A stretch of DNA of 46,657 bases from Armatimonadota bacterium. GTDB taxonomy: Bacteria > Armatimonadota > Armatimonadia > Armatimonadales > Armatimonadaceae. Below the pieces are notes generated by a model. That model was not told the origin of the DNA. It did no database searches and saw nothing but the letters and a program-made list of their open reading frames with translations. Of the stretch, positions 9,163 to 18,870 are shown one piece after another. The position numbers were made by a program, and so were the translations under genes. The stretch lies in NCBI GenBank assembly GCA_043754515.1, contig JAYUUO010000084.1, positions 1-46,657 on the forward strand, in the 5' to 3' direction. The stretch's first letter is position 1, and the number at the start of each line of letters is the position of its first letter.

Positions 9163-10518
9163 ATGACCAACGTGACCGGAAGAATCGTTCTGCTAACACT
9201 CGCGGGTATCGCCGCCGGACTCCTGACATGGTTCCTGTCCGATCTGTCGGGGCTGATTCGCCTCGCGGACACCGGGGGGGCGTTAACGCCCGATCAGGCC
9301 GCGCAACAGGCATTCGTGTGTACCTTCTTCGGCGCGATGGTAGGTTTGTTGCTGGGCCTCGCCGATATGATCGCCGGTGGCCTACAGGCGCAGTGGCTCC
9401 GCATAGTCGGATACGGACTCGGTATCGGTGCCGCCGCCGGGTTCGTCGGCATCACGTTCGGGACCCCGTTCTACTCATGGCTGCACGTCGAGAATGCTTC
9501 CAACCCGCTCGCGTTTCTGATGAACACGCTCGCCCGTGCCCTGGGATGGGCGTTTATCGGCGCGCTCGCCGGGGGCGCGGACGGCGTCCGCAAGTGGTCG
9601 GGGCGCACGATCCGCAATGGCGTGATCGGCGGTTTTATCGGCGGGCTTATCGGCGGAACGGTGTTCGAGGCGGCGGTGTACCTGTTCGCCTTCGTGCCGC
9701 GCCCGGCGGTGGTGTCCCGCCTCCTAGGTTTCATTATCACCGGCGCGCTGATCGGCCTGTTTATCGGCCTGGTTCAGCAGCTACTCAAAGAGGCGTGGGT
9801 GCGTATCGTCGTCGGCAAGAACGAGGGGCGCGAGGTTTTGATTGATAAGGAGCAGACCAGCATCGGCCGCTCCGAGCTTTCCGACATCGGCCTGTTCGGC
9901 GACATGACCGTGGCCAAAAATCATGCGCTTCTGGTCGCGGCCCCTGGTGGGGGCTACATCCTGCGGGATGTGTCGGGCCAGGGGGGCACTGTTTTCGTGA
10001 ACGAGAAGCGGGCGCAGGGCGGGGAGGATATTCCCATGCGAAGCGGCGACACCATCAAAGTCGGAGCGAAGACGCTAATGTTTTTCGAGCGGCTCACCAA
10101 AGAGCGCACCGCCGTCGTAAAGGACGGAAAAGTTCGCCCCGCGGCAGTTCCGGCGTCTTCGGGAAGTATTATGCCGACCGCTCCGGCCACGAACGGCGCG
10201 AGTGCCGGTAACGCGGTGCGACCAGGCGCGGACGCCGGGTATAAACTGGTGATCATCGCGGGGCCACACACCGGGCAGGTGTTTCCGGCCCGGTCGGGGG
10301 ATGTGATCGGCCGCGACCCCGCCGCTGACATCCCGATCCCGAACGACACGTCGGCGTCACGGCGACACGCGCGGATCATGCAGGAAGCGTTATCGTTCGC
10401 CATCGAGGACGCGGGTTCGACGAACGGCACCTTCGTTAATGGCCAGCGCGTAACACGGCAGTCGCTCGTGCCGGGCGACACGGTGGTAGTCGGCGGGACG
10501 TCCCTACGGCTCGAGTAG
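9163..10518 (+). CDS. Polytopic Gly-rich membrane protein with two FHA domains
   Basis: About six hydrophobic helices, then IGRSE..VAKNHA (divergent FHA) and IGRD..ASRRHA..GSTNGTFVNG. Confidence 0.85.
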   Translation: MTNVTGRIVLLTLAGIAAGLLTWFLSDLSGLIRLADTGGALTPDQAAQQAFVCTFFGAMVGLLLGLADMIAGGLQAQWLRIVGYGLGIGAAAGFVGITFGTPFYSWLHVENASNPLAFLMNTLARALGWAFIGALAGGADGVRKWSGRTIRNGVIGGFIGGLIGGTVFEAAVYLFAFVPRPAVVSRLLGFIITGALIGLFIGLVQQLLKEAWVRIVVGKNEGREVLIDKEQTSIGRSELSDIGLFGDMTVAKNHALLVAAPGGGYILRDVSGQGGTVFVNEKRAQGGEDIPMRSGDTIKVGAKTLMFFERLTKERTAVVKDGKVRPAAVPASSGSIMPTAPATNGASAGNAVRPGADAGYKLVIIAGPHTGQVFPARSGDVIGRDPAADIPIPNDTSASRRHARIMQEALSFAIEDAGSTNGTFVNGQRVTRQSLVPGDTVVVGGTSLRLE

Positions 10519-10533
10519 GGGTAGGCGACCGCT

Positions 10534-11895
10534 ATGGCACCGGTAGTTAGGAAACATATGATAAACGAACCCACTCGCGCCGTTGGCGCGGCGACCATGC
10601 AGGGATACGCCACGGGCTCCGTCCCCGAGGAAAAAGGGGCGGGTGCCGTGACGCTGGACGTACGTGTCGGGGGCAGTGTCGCCTACGCTGGGGAGCGGAC
10701 AAAGCAGTATGTGCTCACGGAGATCAAGGTCGGCGCGAACGTCGGGATGGTCGGCGGGGTGCGCGGGGCGCGGCTCCCGGTGAACCTTTCACTGGTACTG
10801 GATCGCTCCGGCTCCATGGAGGGAGAGCCGCTCGATTATGTCAAACGCGCCGTTTCGCAGATAGTGGATTTGATGACGCCGAGCGATGTACTCTCCATCG
10901 TGACGTTCGCCGAAACGGTGGACGTTCTGATGCCCGCCCGCCGCGTCACTGATCGCGAACTGATCAAGCAACACGTCCAGCGCATCCTTTCCGGCAACAC
11001 CACCAATCTGTTCGACGGGTTGTACGCCGGAGCCGCGCAGATCGCGTCCGTGCCAGGCTCCGGGTACGCGTCCCGCCTGTTGCTACTCACGGACGGCGAG
11101 CCGACAGCGGGGTTAAAGGATTTTCAGAGCATTATTTCTCAGGTCGGCGACCTGAAGGCGAAGGGTATCACCGTCACCGCGCTCGGCTTCGGCTCCGAGT
11201 ACAACGAGGAACTGCTCTCCGGAATCGCCCGCAAGTCGGAGGGCAACTACTACCACATCGAACGCCCCGAGATGATCCCGGACATATTCCGCAAAGAACT
11301 AGAATCGGTCCTGGGCGTGGTCGCGAAGAACCCGCGCCTTACCTTCTACCTACCACACGGTTGCTCCGTGCGGCAGGTGTACGGCACGCCCCCGGTCTTC
11401 CAGGCGCGCTCGGCATCCATCGGCCTATCTGACCTGGAGACGGGCGGCTCGATCACGAAGATCTGGGAGATGGATTGGGAGGCCAGAACGCCCGCCACCT
11501 ACCGTGTCGCGAAAGCCGTGTTGACGTTCGAGGACGCGGCGACGGGTAGCGCGGAGATGGTGTCCCGGAACGCCGTGGTGACGTTCGCCGCCGACGCCGC
11601 GTCCGCCCAGGCCGCGCTCGACCCGCAAGTCGCCCAGGCAGTCGCGGTCGCCCAGGCGTCGCGCAACCTCGAAAAAACGATGATGGGGATGAGGACGCAG
11701 GCGATCAACGTCACGCAGATGACGGAGGCACTGCGTCAAACGCAGTCCGTGTTGACGCAACAGGGGCGCGTCGCCGAGGCGACGCAGGTCGCGCAAGCCG
11801 CCAAAGCCGCCGAACGCGGCGACTCGGCCAACATGGACAAAACGCTGATGGGCGCGATCTACACGCTTGATCAGGGCAAGCGGAGCGGCAAGTAG
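10534..11895 (+). CDS. vWA domain protein (YfbK/Ca-activated chloride channel homolog-like)
   Basis: MIDAS LVLDRSGSM, LLTDG, ALGFG. Alternative start ATG 10558. Confidence 0.9.
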   Translation: MAPVVRKHMINEPTRAVGAATMQGYATGSVPEEKGAGAVTLDVRVGGSVAYAGERTKQYVLTEIKVGANVGMVGGVRGARLPVNLSLVLDRSGSMEGEPLDYVKRAVSQIVDLMTPSDVLSIVTFAETVDVLMPARRVTDRELIKQHVQRILSGNTTNLFDGLYAGAAQIASVPGSGYASRLLLLTDGEPTAGLKDFQSIISQVGDLKAKGITVTALGFGSEYNEELLSGIARKSEGNYYHIERPEMIPDIFRKELESVLGVVAKNPRLTFYLPHGCSVRQVYGTPPVFQARSASIGLSDLETGGSITKIWEMDWEARTPATYRVAKAVLTFEDAATGSAEMVSRNAVVTFAADAASAQAALDPQVAQAVAVAQASRNLEKTMMGMRTQAINVTQMTEALRQTQSVLTQQGRVAEATQVAQAAKAAERGDSANMDKTLMGAIYTLDQGKRSGK

Positions 11896-11944
11896 TCGGT
11901 CGCGGCATCCGGGGATCGTCCCTGGTTCAAAGGCAAAAGGGTTT

Positions 11945-13117
11945 ATGCAAGAAAACTATTATGCGATACTCGGCGTTGAGCAGACGGCGGGCGAGGACGA
12001 AATCCGGCGGGCGTACCGCGATCTGGTCGCCGAGTCCATGGACGATCAGCCGCGCTTTCAGGCCCTGTCCGAAGCGTTCGAGACGCTCAAAGATCCGGCG
12101 CGGCGGGCGCACTACGATCAGAAGCTTTCGGGCGTGCCAGTCACCAGTTTAGCCACCATCCCCGTGCCGAAAGGCAACCCCGGTGCCGGGGTCTACGCGC
12201 CGCCTTCGGCAACCATCGCGGCGCGAACGGCGGCGCTGTTCACGCTACCGACCGTGTGTCCCGCGAATCTGTCACCATGTCCGCTCAAAGCGGGTCAGGT
12301 GGTCCCCGACGAAGGGTTCTGCCCCGAGTGCGGCGTGCTACTCGCCTCCCTATCGGGTAGCTCGCCTGTTCTGAGGGACAACCCCCTTCCCTATCTGATA
12401 GACTCTAACGGCCGTGAGTACCCGCTCAAACGCGGCGTCAACATCGTCGGGCGCGAGGGCGCGGACGTGCTACTGCCGGACCGGAGCGTGTCCCGGCGTC
12501 ACGCGCAGTTCGACGTTTCCGCGAACGGCACCACGACAGTAGTGGAACTCGGAAGCACGAACGGCTCCCGACACGGCGCGACGCCACTCCAGCCGGGGCA
12601 GTTAGTCACGCTCAAGGACGGTGACGAACTGCGGTTCGGCGCGATCCGCCTGACGCTGCGAATCCCGCCCCCCACGGTGAAGGCGATCGCGAGTGCCGCG
12701 CCGAAAGCGGGCGGCAACACTGCCATCGGCGCGAAGCCGCTCGCCGCGTTGCCGTCTCTGAGCGGCGACGCCGAACCGGTGCCAGCCCCCGTTGCCCCGT
12801 CGGAGGGCGCGGAAGCGCAAGTCGGCCCCCGACTCACCGGCGTCGGCGCGAACAAATTGAGCCACTTCATCGGCACGGTGGAAGAAACCACCGTGGGACG
12901 CAAGCCGGACAACGCCCTGATGATCACGACCGACCCGTACGTATCGGGGAAGCACGCCGTGATCCTGTTCGAGAACGGGCGATACAAAGTGATGGACCTC
13001 GGCTCCACGAACGGGACCCGGTGGAACGGGCGCAAGATGCTACCGCAGGTCCCGCAATCGCTCGCCGACGGGGACGAGATCATCTTCGGCCAGACGCCAT
13101 TCACTTTCTCACTCTAA
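11945..13117 (+). CDS. J-like domain + Zn-ribbon + two FHA domains
   Basis: NYYAILGV..IRRAYR..LKDPARRAHYD (DnaJ-like, no HPD); CPANLSPC..FCPECG; two FHA domains (VGR..SRRH..STNG; VGRK..SGKH..STNG). Confidence 0.85.
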   Translation: MQENYYAILGVEQTAGEDEIRRAYRDLVAESMDDQPRFQALSEAFETLKDPARRAHYDQKLSGVPVTSLATIPVPKGNPGAGVYAPPSATIAARTAALFTLPTVCPANLSPCPLKAGQVVPDEGFCPECGVLLASLSGSSPVLRDNPLPYLIDSNGREYPLKRGVNIVGREGADVLLPDRSVSRRHAQFDVSANGTTTVVELGSTNGSRHGATPLQPGQLVTLKDGDELRFGAIRLTLRIPPPTVKAIASAAPKAGGNTAIGAKPLAALPSLSGDAEPVPAPVAPSEGAEAQVGPRLTGVGANKLSHFIGTVEETTVGRKPDNALMITTDPYVSGKHAVILFENGRYKVMDLGSTNGTRWNGRKMLPQVPQSLADGDEIIFGQTPFTFSL

Positions 13118-13141
13118 CAAGCCTTCCCGCGCACCGCGTAT

Positions 13142-13184
13142 TACCCCGGTCATCCTTGAGACCCGCCCGAAGGATGACGGGGTA
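13142..13184. terminator. Hairpin between convergent genes
   Basis: TACCCCGGTCATCCTT ... AAGGATGACGGGGTA inverted repeat. Confidence 0.6.
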
Positions 13185-13186
13185 GG

Positions 13187-13501
13187 TCACGCGGGAAGGA
13201 GTAGATTGTCAACCGTCAGCGCGAAATGCGGCGCGGCGAGCAACTCAATCGCCTCCCCCGGCACCCGCGTTTCGCGCGTGTACACGCCGCGTCCGGTGAG
13301 CGTATGCACGTACACGAGCCGTGCATTCACATCAATCACGAGATACTGCGGCACCCCCGCGCGGCAATACACCCACGCCTTCGTCCGCAGATCATAGTCG
13401 AGTGTCGTGTCGGACACCTTGATGATCAGCGATATGTCCTCGGGACGCGGTTCCCTGGCCAAAATTTGCGTACCGGATTTGTTCAACAGCGTGATGTCCG
13501 G
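13187..13501 (-). pseudogene. Uma2 (DUF820) endonuclease-family C-terminal fragment
   Basis: PDITLL..PEDISLIIKVSDTTLDYDLRTKAWVYCRAGVPQYLVID; N-terminal half missing. Confidence 0.75.
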
Positions 13502-13629
13502 CGCCGACGCAAGTAAACGCAGGATAATGTCAGCAAAGCGACGAATCTAAGACGCACTCCTTTCGAGGAGTACACCCGCTCTTTCCGGCAACGAACGGAG
13601 CCGACCGCATCGAAGAAAGGTGTTCTCGT

Positions 13630-14964
13630 ATGAAGCACAAACCAACCATCGCGCTGTGTGCAAACCTCGTTTGCACGGGCGCACTGTCCGCTATTGCCCT
13701 CGCGACGCTGTCCGCGCACGCGCAAACCAATACGTACTCGACCACGACCGGCGGCAGTATTCCCGATGACAACGCGGCCGGCATCTCATCCACCATCAAC
13801 GTTCCCGACCAGTTTGACGTGGGCGAGTTCTCCTCCGTCACGGTGCGCGGCTTGATACATACGTGGGTCGGCGACCTTGTCGTCACGCTCTCGCACAACG
13901 GCAAGACCGTCGACATTTTCGACCGCGTGGCCGGAAACAACGATTCGTCCTACGGCGACGATTCCGATTTGGACGGCAGTTACACCTTTGTCAGCCGGGG
14001 CGGGGCGGACTTTACCGCGGCGGCGGCGGCGGTTGACGGCATCTCGGCGATTCGCACCGACGCGAACTATGCCACGGCTCCGGTCGGTTTCACGAGTGCC
14101 GTTGGCAGTTGTTCCACGGCAGACGGGCAGTTGACGGACTTCGCAAAGGCGGCGGCTTTCGGCGCGTAGACGCTGAATATCTCCGACCGTGAACGTCTCG
14201 AGACCGGCAGCTTCAGCGGGTGGAATTTCAGCGTCACCGACCGCTCCATTATCACCACCAACACAACCATTAACGACAGTTCGTACAGCACGACGCCCCT
14301 TCTGCGGGTCGGGATAACGGCGAACGCCGACTTGACGCTCGCGGAGGGCGCACGGGTCAATGGGGTGCAACTCCTCGGTGGCTCGCGGCTTTTCATGAAC
14401 GGCGGGCGGGCGACCGAAGTGAGCGCGCTTAGTAGCGGGTCGCTTCATATCAGCGCGGGAACGGTTTTCGGCACGGTTACGGCGACGGAACTTGGCAAGA
14501 TATACATCAGCGGCGGCAGTGTCGGCAGTGTTGTTACCGGCGACGGCGCCAAAGCCTACGTCTTAGCGGGAACGTTCGGAAGCGTGTCGGCGTCTGGGAG
14601 CAGCCACATCTTCGTGTACGGCGGGAGCGTCGGCGGTGGCGCGGTCTTCGCGGCGGCGGGCGGCGCATCCATCAGTCTTTTCGGCGACAACCTGCTGATG
14701 AACGCCGGTAGCAAAACCGGTGGCACATTCGGCGGCAACCTCGGCTACTTCTACAACCTTTCCGGCACCCTCACGGACGGTACGAGCCTTGTCGGGTCGC
14801 GGTTCTTCGACGCGGACGGCGGCTTTAGCGTGGTCGGCGAGAATCCGGGCGCGTTGTATTTGAACGGCGTCGCGGTCGTGCCGGAACCGGGGACGTTCGC
14901 GCTGTTCGGTATGGGCGTCGCGGCGTTCGGCGGGCTGGGCGTAATGCACCGTCGCCGCAAGTAG
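13630..14964 (+). pseudogene. PEP-CTERM protein 1 (proprotein convertase P-domain + beta-helix-like repeats), in-frame TAG at 14167-14169
   Basis: Signal peptide; HTWVGDLVVTL P-domain motif; GA*TLNISDR where paralogs have GDWTLNIADR/GTWSLNISDR; VPEPGTFALFG..RRRK tail. Confidence 0.85.
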
Positions 14965-14991
14965 GCGCAGGAAACCGGGCGAATAATGACG

Positions 14992-15033
14992 AAAGTTACG
15001 GTGTGTCTCCTTCGGGGGCGCACCGTAACTTTT
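14992..15033 (+). terminator. Long hairpin with cUUCGg loop after PEP-CTERM gene 1
   Basis: AAAGTTACGGTG..CC TTCG GG..CACCGTAACTTT. Confidence 0.65.
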
Positions 15034-15078
15034 CCGGCAACGACCGGAACCGACCGTTTGACAGAAAGGTACTCTTGT

Positions 15079-16419
15079 ATGAATCGTTACACACTCGCGG
15101 TGTTTACCGCACTGTCCGCTATCGCCCTCGCGCCGGTCACGGCGTCCGCACAGAACGCTACGTATAGCACCGCCGTCGGCGGCGCGATTCCCGACAAGAG
15201 TAGCATCGGCATCAACTCAACCATTAGCGTCGCCGACAGTTACGCCGTAGACCCCTTCGTGTCCATTACGATCACCGGGCTACAACATACGTTCGTCGGT
15301 CAACTTATCATCACCCTCACACACGGCGGCAAGACCGTGGACATCATTGACCGGGTAAAAGGCGGCGGTAATGTAGATATCGGCGACCAAAGCGACCTGA
15401 ACGGCGACTACACGTTCGTGACGACGGGCGGCGCTGACTTCAACGCGGCAGCGGATCAGGGCGGAACATTCTACATTATTCCCTCCAACGTGAACTACGC
15501 GACGCTTCCGGTCGGTCTTCTCAATCCGAAGGGCGGCGTCTCGAACGCCAACGGGCTTTTGTCGGACTTCAACGGCATGGATATGAGCGGCGATTGGACT
15601 CTCAACATCGCCGACCGGGATGACTTAACCCCGATGAGCTCCACCGGATCGTTTACCGGTTGGCGATTCGTGATGCGTGACCCGTCCCAAATCAACACGA
15701 ACTGCACGATAAGCGACGCCTCGTTTAACGGGTTGTCGAATCTGCGCGTCGGCAACACTACGAGTACGGACGTAACGCTTGCGGCGGGGGCAATGGTGCG
15801 GAATGTGCAAGCGTTCAACGCAAGCCGCGTGTACATGACCGGCGGCACGGCGACAAGTCTGCGGTCGGAAGACACTGCAAAACTGTACGTGAACAGCGGA
15901 ACCGTTTCCGGCGCGGTCACGGCGACGGAAAACAGCACGGTGTTCATTAACGGCGGCGATGTCGGCAGTGTACTTGCGAACGGCAACGCCAAAGCGTATG
16001 TTTTAGCCGGCACATACGGGGCAATATTAGGGTCGGGCAACAGCGACATTTACGTGTACGGCGGGAGCGTCGGCGGTGGCGCGGTCTTCGCGGCGGCGGG
16101 CGGCGCGAGCATCAGTCTTTTCGGCGACAACCTGCTGATGAACGCCGGTAGCAAAACCGGTGGCACATTCGGCGGCAACCTCGGCTTTTTCTACAACCTG
16201 TCCGGCACGCTCACGGACGGCACAAGCCTCGTCGGGTCGCGGTTCTTCGACGCGGACGGCGGCTTTAGCGTGGTCGGCGAGAATCCGGGCGCGTTGTATT
16301 TGAACGGCGTCGCGGTCGTGCCGGAAGCGGGAACGTTCGCGCTACTCGGCGTCGGCGTCGCGGCATTCGGCGGGCTTGTCCTGGCGAAACGCGGTTTCGT
16401 CACGCGGCGCAAACGGTAG
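15079..16419 (+). CDS. PEP-CTERM protein 2 (P-domain + repeats), intact
   Basis: GAAAGG RBS, MNRYTLAV signal peptide, HTFVGQLIITL, SGDWTLNIADR, VPEAGTFALLG + basic tail. Confidence 0.9.
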   Translation: MNRYTLAVFTALSAIALAPVTASAQNATYSTAVGGAIPDKSSIGINSTISVADSYAVDPFVSITITGLQHTFVGQLIITLTHGGKTVDIIDRVKGGGNVDIGDQSDLNGDYTFVTTGGADFNAAADQGGTFYIIPSNVNYATLPVGLLNPKGGVSNANGLLSDFNGMDMSGDWTLNIADRDDLTPMSSTGSFTGWRFVMRDPSQINTNCTISDASFNGLSNLRVGNTTSTDVTLAAGAMVRNVQAFNASRVYMTGGTATSLRSEDTAKLYVNSGTVSGAVTATENSTVFINGGDVGSVLANGNAKAYVLAGTYGAILGSGNSDIYVYGGSVGGGAVFAAAGGASISLFGDNLLMNAGSKTGGTFGGNLGFFYNLSGTLTDGTSLVGSRFFDADGGFSVVGENPGALYLNGVAVVPEAGTFALLGVGVAAFGGLVLAKRGFVTRRKR

Positions 16420-16517
16420 GAATCGCGGGGGCGCGTCGTCGTCGGCGCGTCCCTTATCGTTATCTAAAAATCTTCCGGCAACGACCGGAACCGACGTATT
16501 AAAGAAAGTATTGCTTT

Positions 16518-16700
16518 TAGGAGTTACGCGGTTCGTCAAGGCACGCGGGTTGAAACCCACGTCATCGGCGAAACAAGTACAGTCAAAACTTGTTTTGACG
16601 ATTGTCTGTCTAGACGCGTTCCGAGCCGGACGTCGGGTACCCGCTTGCGGGTGGGACGGACAGATCCGGGCATTCGAAACCGCCAACCGCGTAACTCCTA
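16518..16700. mobile_element. 183-bp MITE copy 1
   Basis: 16-bp TIR TAGGAGTTACGCGGTT/AACCGCGTAACTCCTA; 13-bp direct repeat AAAGTATTGCTTT at 16505-16517 and 16701-16713; second copy at 45580. Confidence 0.9.
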
Positions 16701-16714
16701 AAAGTATTGCTTTT

Positions 16715-18071
16715 ATGAATCGCTACACACTCGCCGCGCTCGCGGCACTGTCCGCTATCACCCTCGCGCCGACCGTTGCACTTGCGCAAGCGTTCTCGTA
16801 CTCGACCACAACCGGCGGCAACATTCCCGACAACAGAGCAACAGGCATCAACTCCCGACAACTTCGTTATCAACGGCTTTAAGTCGGTGACGATCACCGG
16901 GCTGACCCATTCGCTCCTCGGCGACGTGATCGCGACGCTCTCGCACGGCAATAAGACCGTTGACATCCTGGACCGGGTGCGCGGGGGAGGCGATTTCAAA
17001 TACGGTTCCCATACCCACCTGAATGGCGACTATACGTTCGTGACCACGGGCGGCGCGGACTTCGACGCGTATGCAGTACCACGCGAACCCACTGGGACGA
17101 TGCCAACCGACGTGGATTATGCCACGGTCCCGGTCGGTAACACGAGTCCCTTCGGCGGCGTCAGCGACGCCAACGGTCTGCTATCGGATTTCCAGGGGAT
17201 GAGCGTCAGCGGCACATGGTCATTGAACATCTCAGACCGGATTAGTAGCTTCTCGGGCAGCTTCACCGGGTGGAAGTTCGAGGTCGGCGATCCCTCGCAG
17301 ATTAATACGATCACCACGATCAGCGATGCGTTGTTCAACGTCTTGCCGAACGTGCGCGTGGGCAACACCTCGTCCACGGATGTCACGCTCGCAGTGGGAG
17401 CCGTTGTACAAAACATGCAAGCGGTCAACGGGTCGCGCATCTTCATGAACGCGGGGAATGCGGTTTCGCTTCGAGCGCAGAACACCGCGAAACTGTATGT
17501 CAATAGCGGCACCATCTCCGGCGCGGTCACTGCCACAGACAGCGGCACCGCGTTTATCAACGGGGGCACCGTCTCCGGCGCGGTCACCGCCCAGGCGAAC
17601 AGCACGGTGTTTGTCAACGGAGGCACCGTGGGTAGCGTCGTGACGACCGATTCCGCGCATGCCTATGTCGCGGGCGGCACGTTTCGCGACTTGTCGGCGT
17701 CCGGCAGTAGCGAAATCTGGGTGTACGGCGGCAATATCTCGCGCGACACCCTTTACGCCTATGGGAACGGCGCGTACAACCTCTTCGGGACGAACCTGGC
17801 CCTCGACTTCGCCTCCGCCGTGACAGGACTCGACGCGATCGGATTAACGTCTGGCACCTATTACAACCTCACGGGAACGCTCTCGGATGGGACGCGGCTT
17901 GACACCCGCTTCTTTGACGCGGACGGCGGCTACGGGTTCGGGCAGGGCACTTCGCGGTCGCCACTGTTTTTTAACGGCGTCGCGGTCACGGTGCCGGAGG
18001 CGGGGTCGCTCCCACTTGTGCTGGCAGGCGTTGCCTTGTTCGGCATGGTCGTCATCCGTCGCCGGAAATAG
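16715..18071 (+). pseudogene. PEP-CTERM protein 3, frameshifted near 16855
   Basis: MNRYTLAAL signal frame switches after GINS to PDNF frame; TIxV of paralogs missing (about 14-nt deletion); VPEAGSLPL..RRRK tail. Confidence 0.85.
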
Positions 18072-18107
18072 CGGGAACCGTTCGGGGGCGGCGTGCCTAT
18101 CAAAAGC

Positions 18108-18830
18108 ATGACACATGACAAGAAAGTCGCCCTGATTACGGGCGCGAACAAGGGGCTGGGGCTGGAAATCGCCCGACAACTCGGTAAGCAAGGCATCACC
18201 GTGGTGGTCGCGGCGCGGGACGCAACGAAGGGCGACCCCGCCGCCGCGACCCTTCAGAGCGAGGGTATTGACGCCCATTTCGTTAAACTCGATGTGACGA
18301 GCGAAGCCGACATCGCCGCGCTACCGGGGTTCCTCGCGGGGCGGTTCGGGCGCCTCGATATTCTCGTCAACAACGCGGGCGTGAACAACGCCAGCGTCGG
18401 CGGCGGCAAAACGACAACCGCGCAGATCCTGCGCGACGTGTACGAGGCGAACGCCATTGCGCCATTCGCGATCACGCAGGCGTTGTTACCGCTTCTCGAA
18501 GCCGCGCCCGCCGGCCGCATCGTCAACCATTCCAGCATCCTGGGTTCGATCACCGAGGTCGGCAACATGTCTCCAGAGTGGCTCGGCGAGGCATACACCT
18601 CCTCGAAAGCCGCGCTGAATATGCTCACCGCGGTGCAGGCGCGCAAGCTCGCCGGGACTCGCGTGAAGGTGAATGCCGCGCACCCCGGTTGGGTGAAGAC
18701 TGACATGGGCGGCGCGGGCGCGACCCTTGAAGTCACGGACGGCGCGAAAACGGCGGTGCGCCTCGCCCTCCTGCCGGATGACGGCGAGTCAGGCGGATTC
18801 TTCCACGGAAACGAGCGGTTGCCCTGGTAA
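18108..18830 (+). CDS. SDR family oxidoreductase (carbonyl reductase-like)
   Basis: TGANKGLG, NNAG, YTSSK, HPGWVKTDMGG. Confidence 0.92.
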   Translation: MTHDKKVALITGANKGLGLEIARQLGKQGITVVVAARDATKGDPAAATLQSEGIDAHFVKLDVTSEADIAALPGFLAGRFGRLDILVNNAGVNNASVGGGKTTTAQILRDVYEANAIAPFAITQALLPLLEAAPAGRIVNHSSILGSITEVGNMSPEWLGEAYTSSKAALNMLTAVQARKLAGTRVKVNAAHPGWVKTDMGGAGATLEVTDGAKTAVRLALLPDDGESGGFFHGNERLPW

Positions 18831-18870
18831 GCGGAACGGGACGCCGCGCTCCGTTCCGGCGAAGTCACCG

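Noticed and set aside
16376..16882. ORFs 16376..16882, 16342..16686 and 45567..45773 as independent genes or transposases
   Set aside because: They are translations of the MITE plus flanks, with no DDE or HUH motif.
13630..18071. Diversity-generating retroelement acting on the PEP-CTERM array
   Set aside because: No reverse transcriptase, and differences between the near-identical segments are not adenine-specific.
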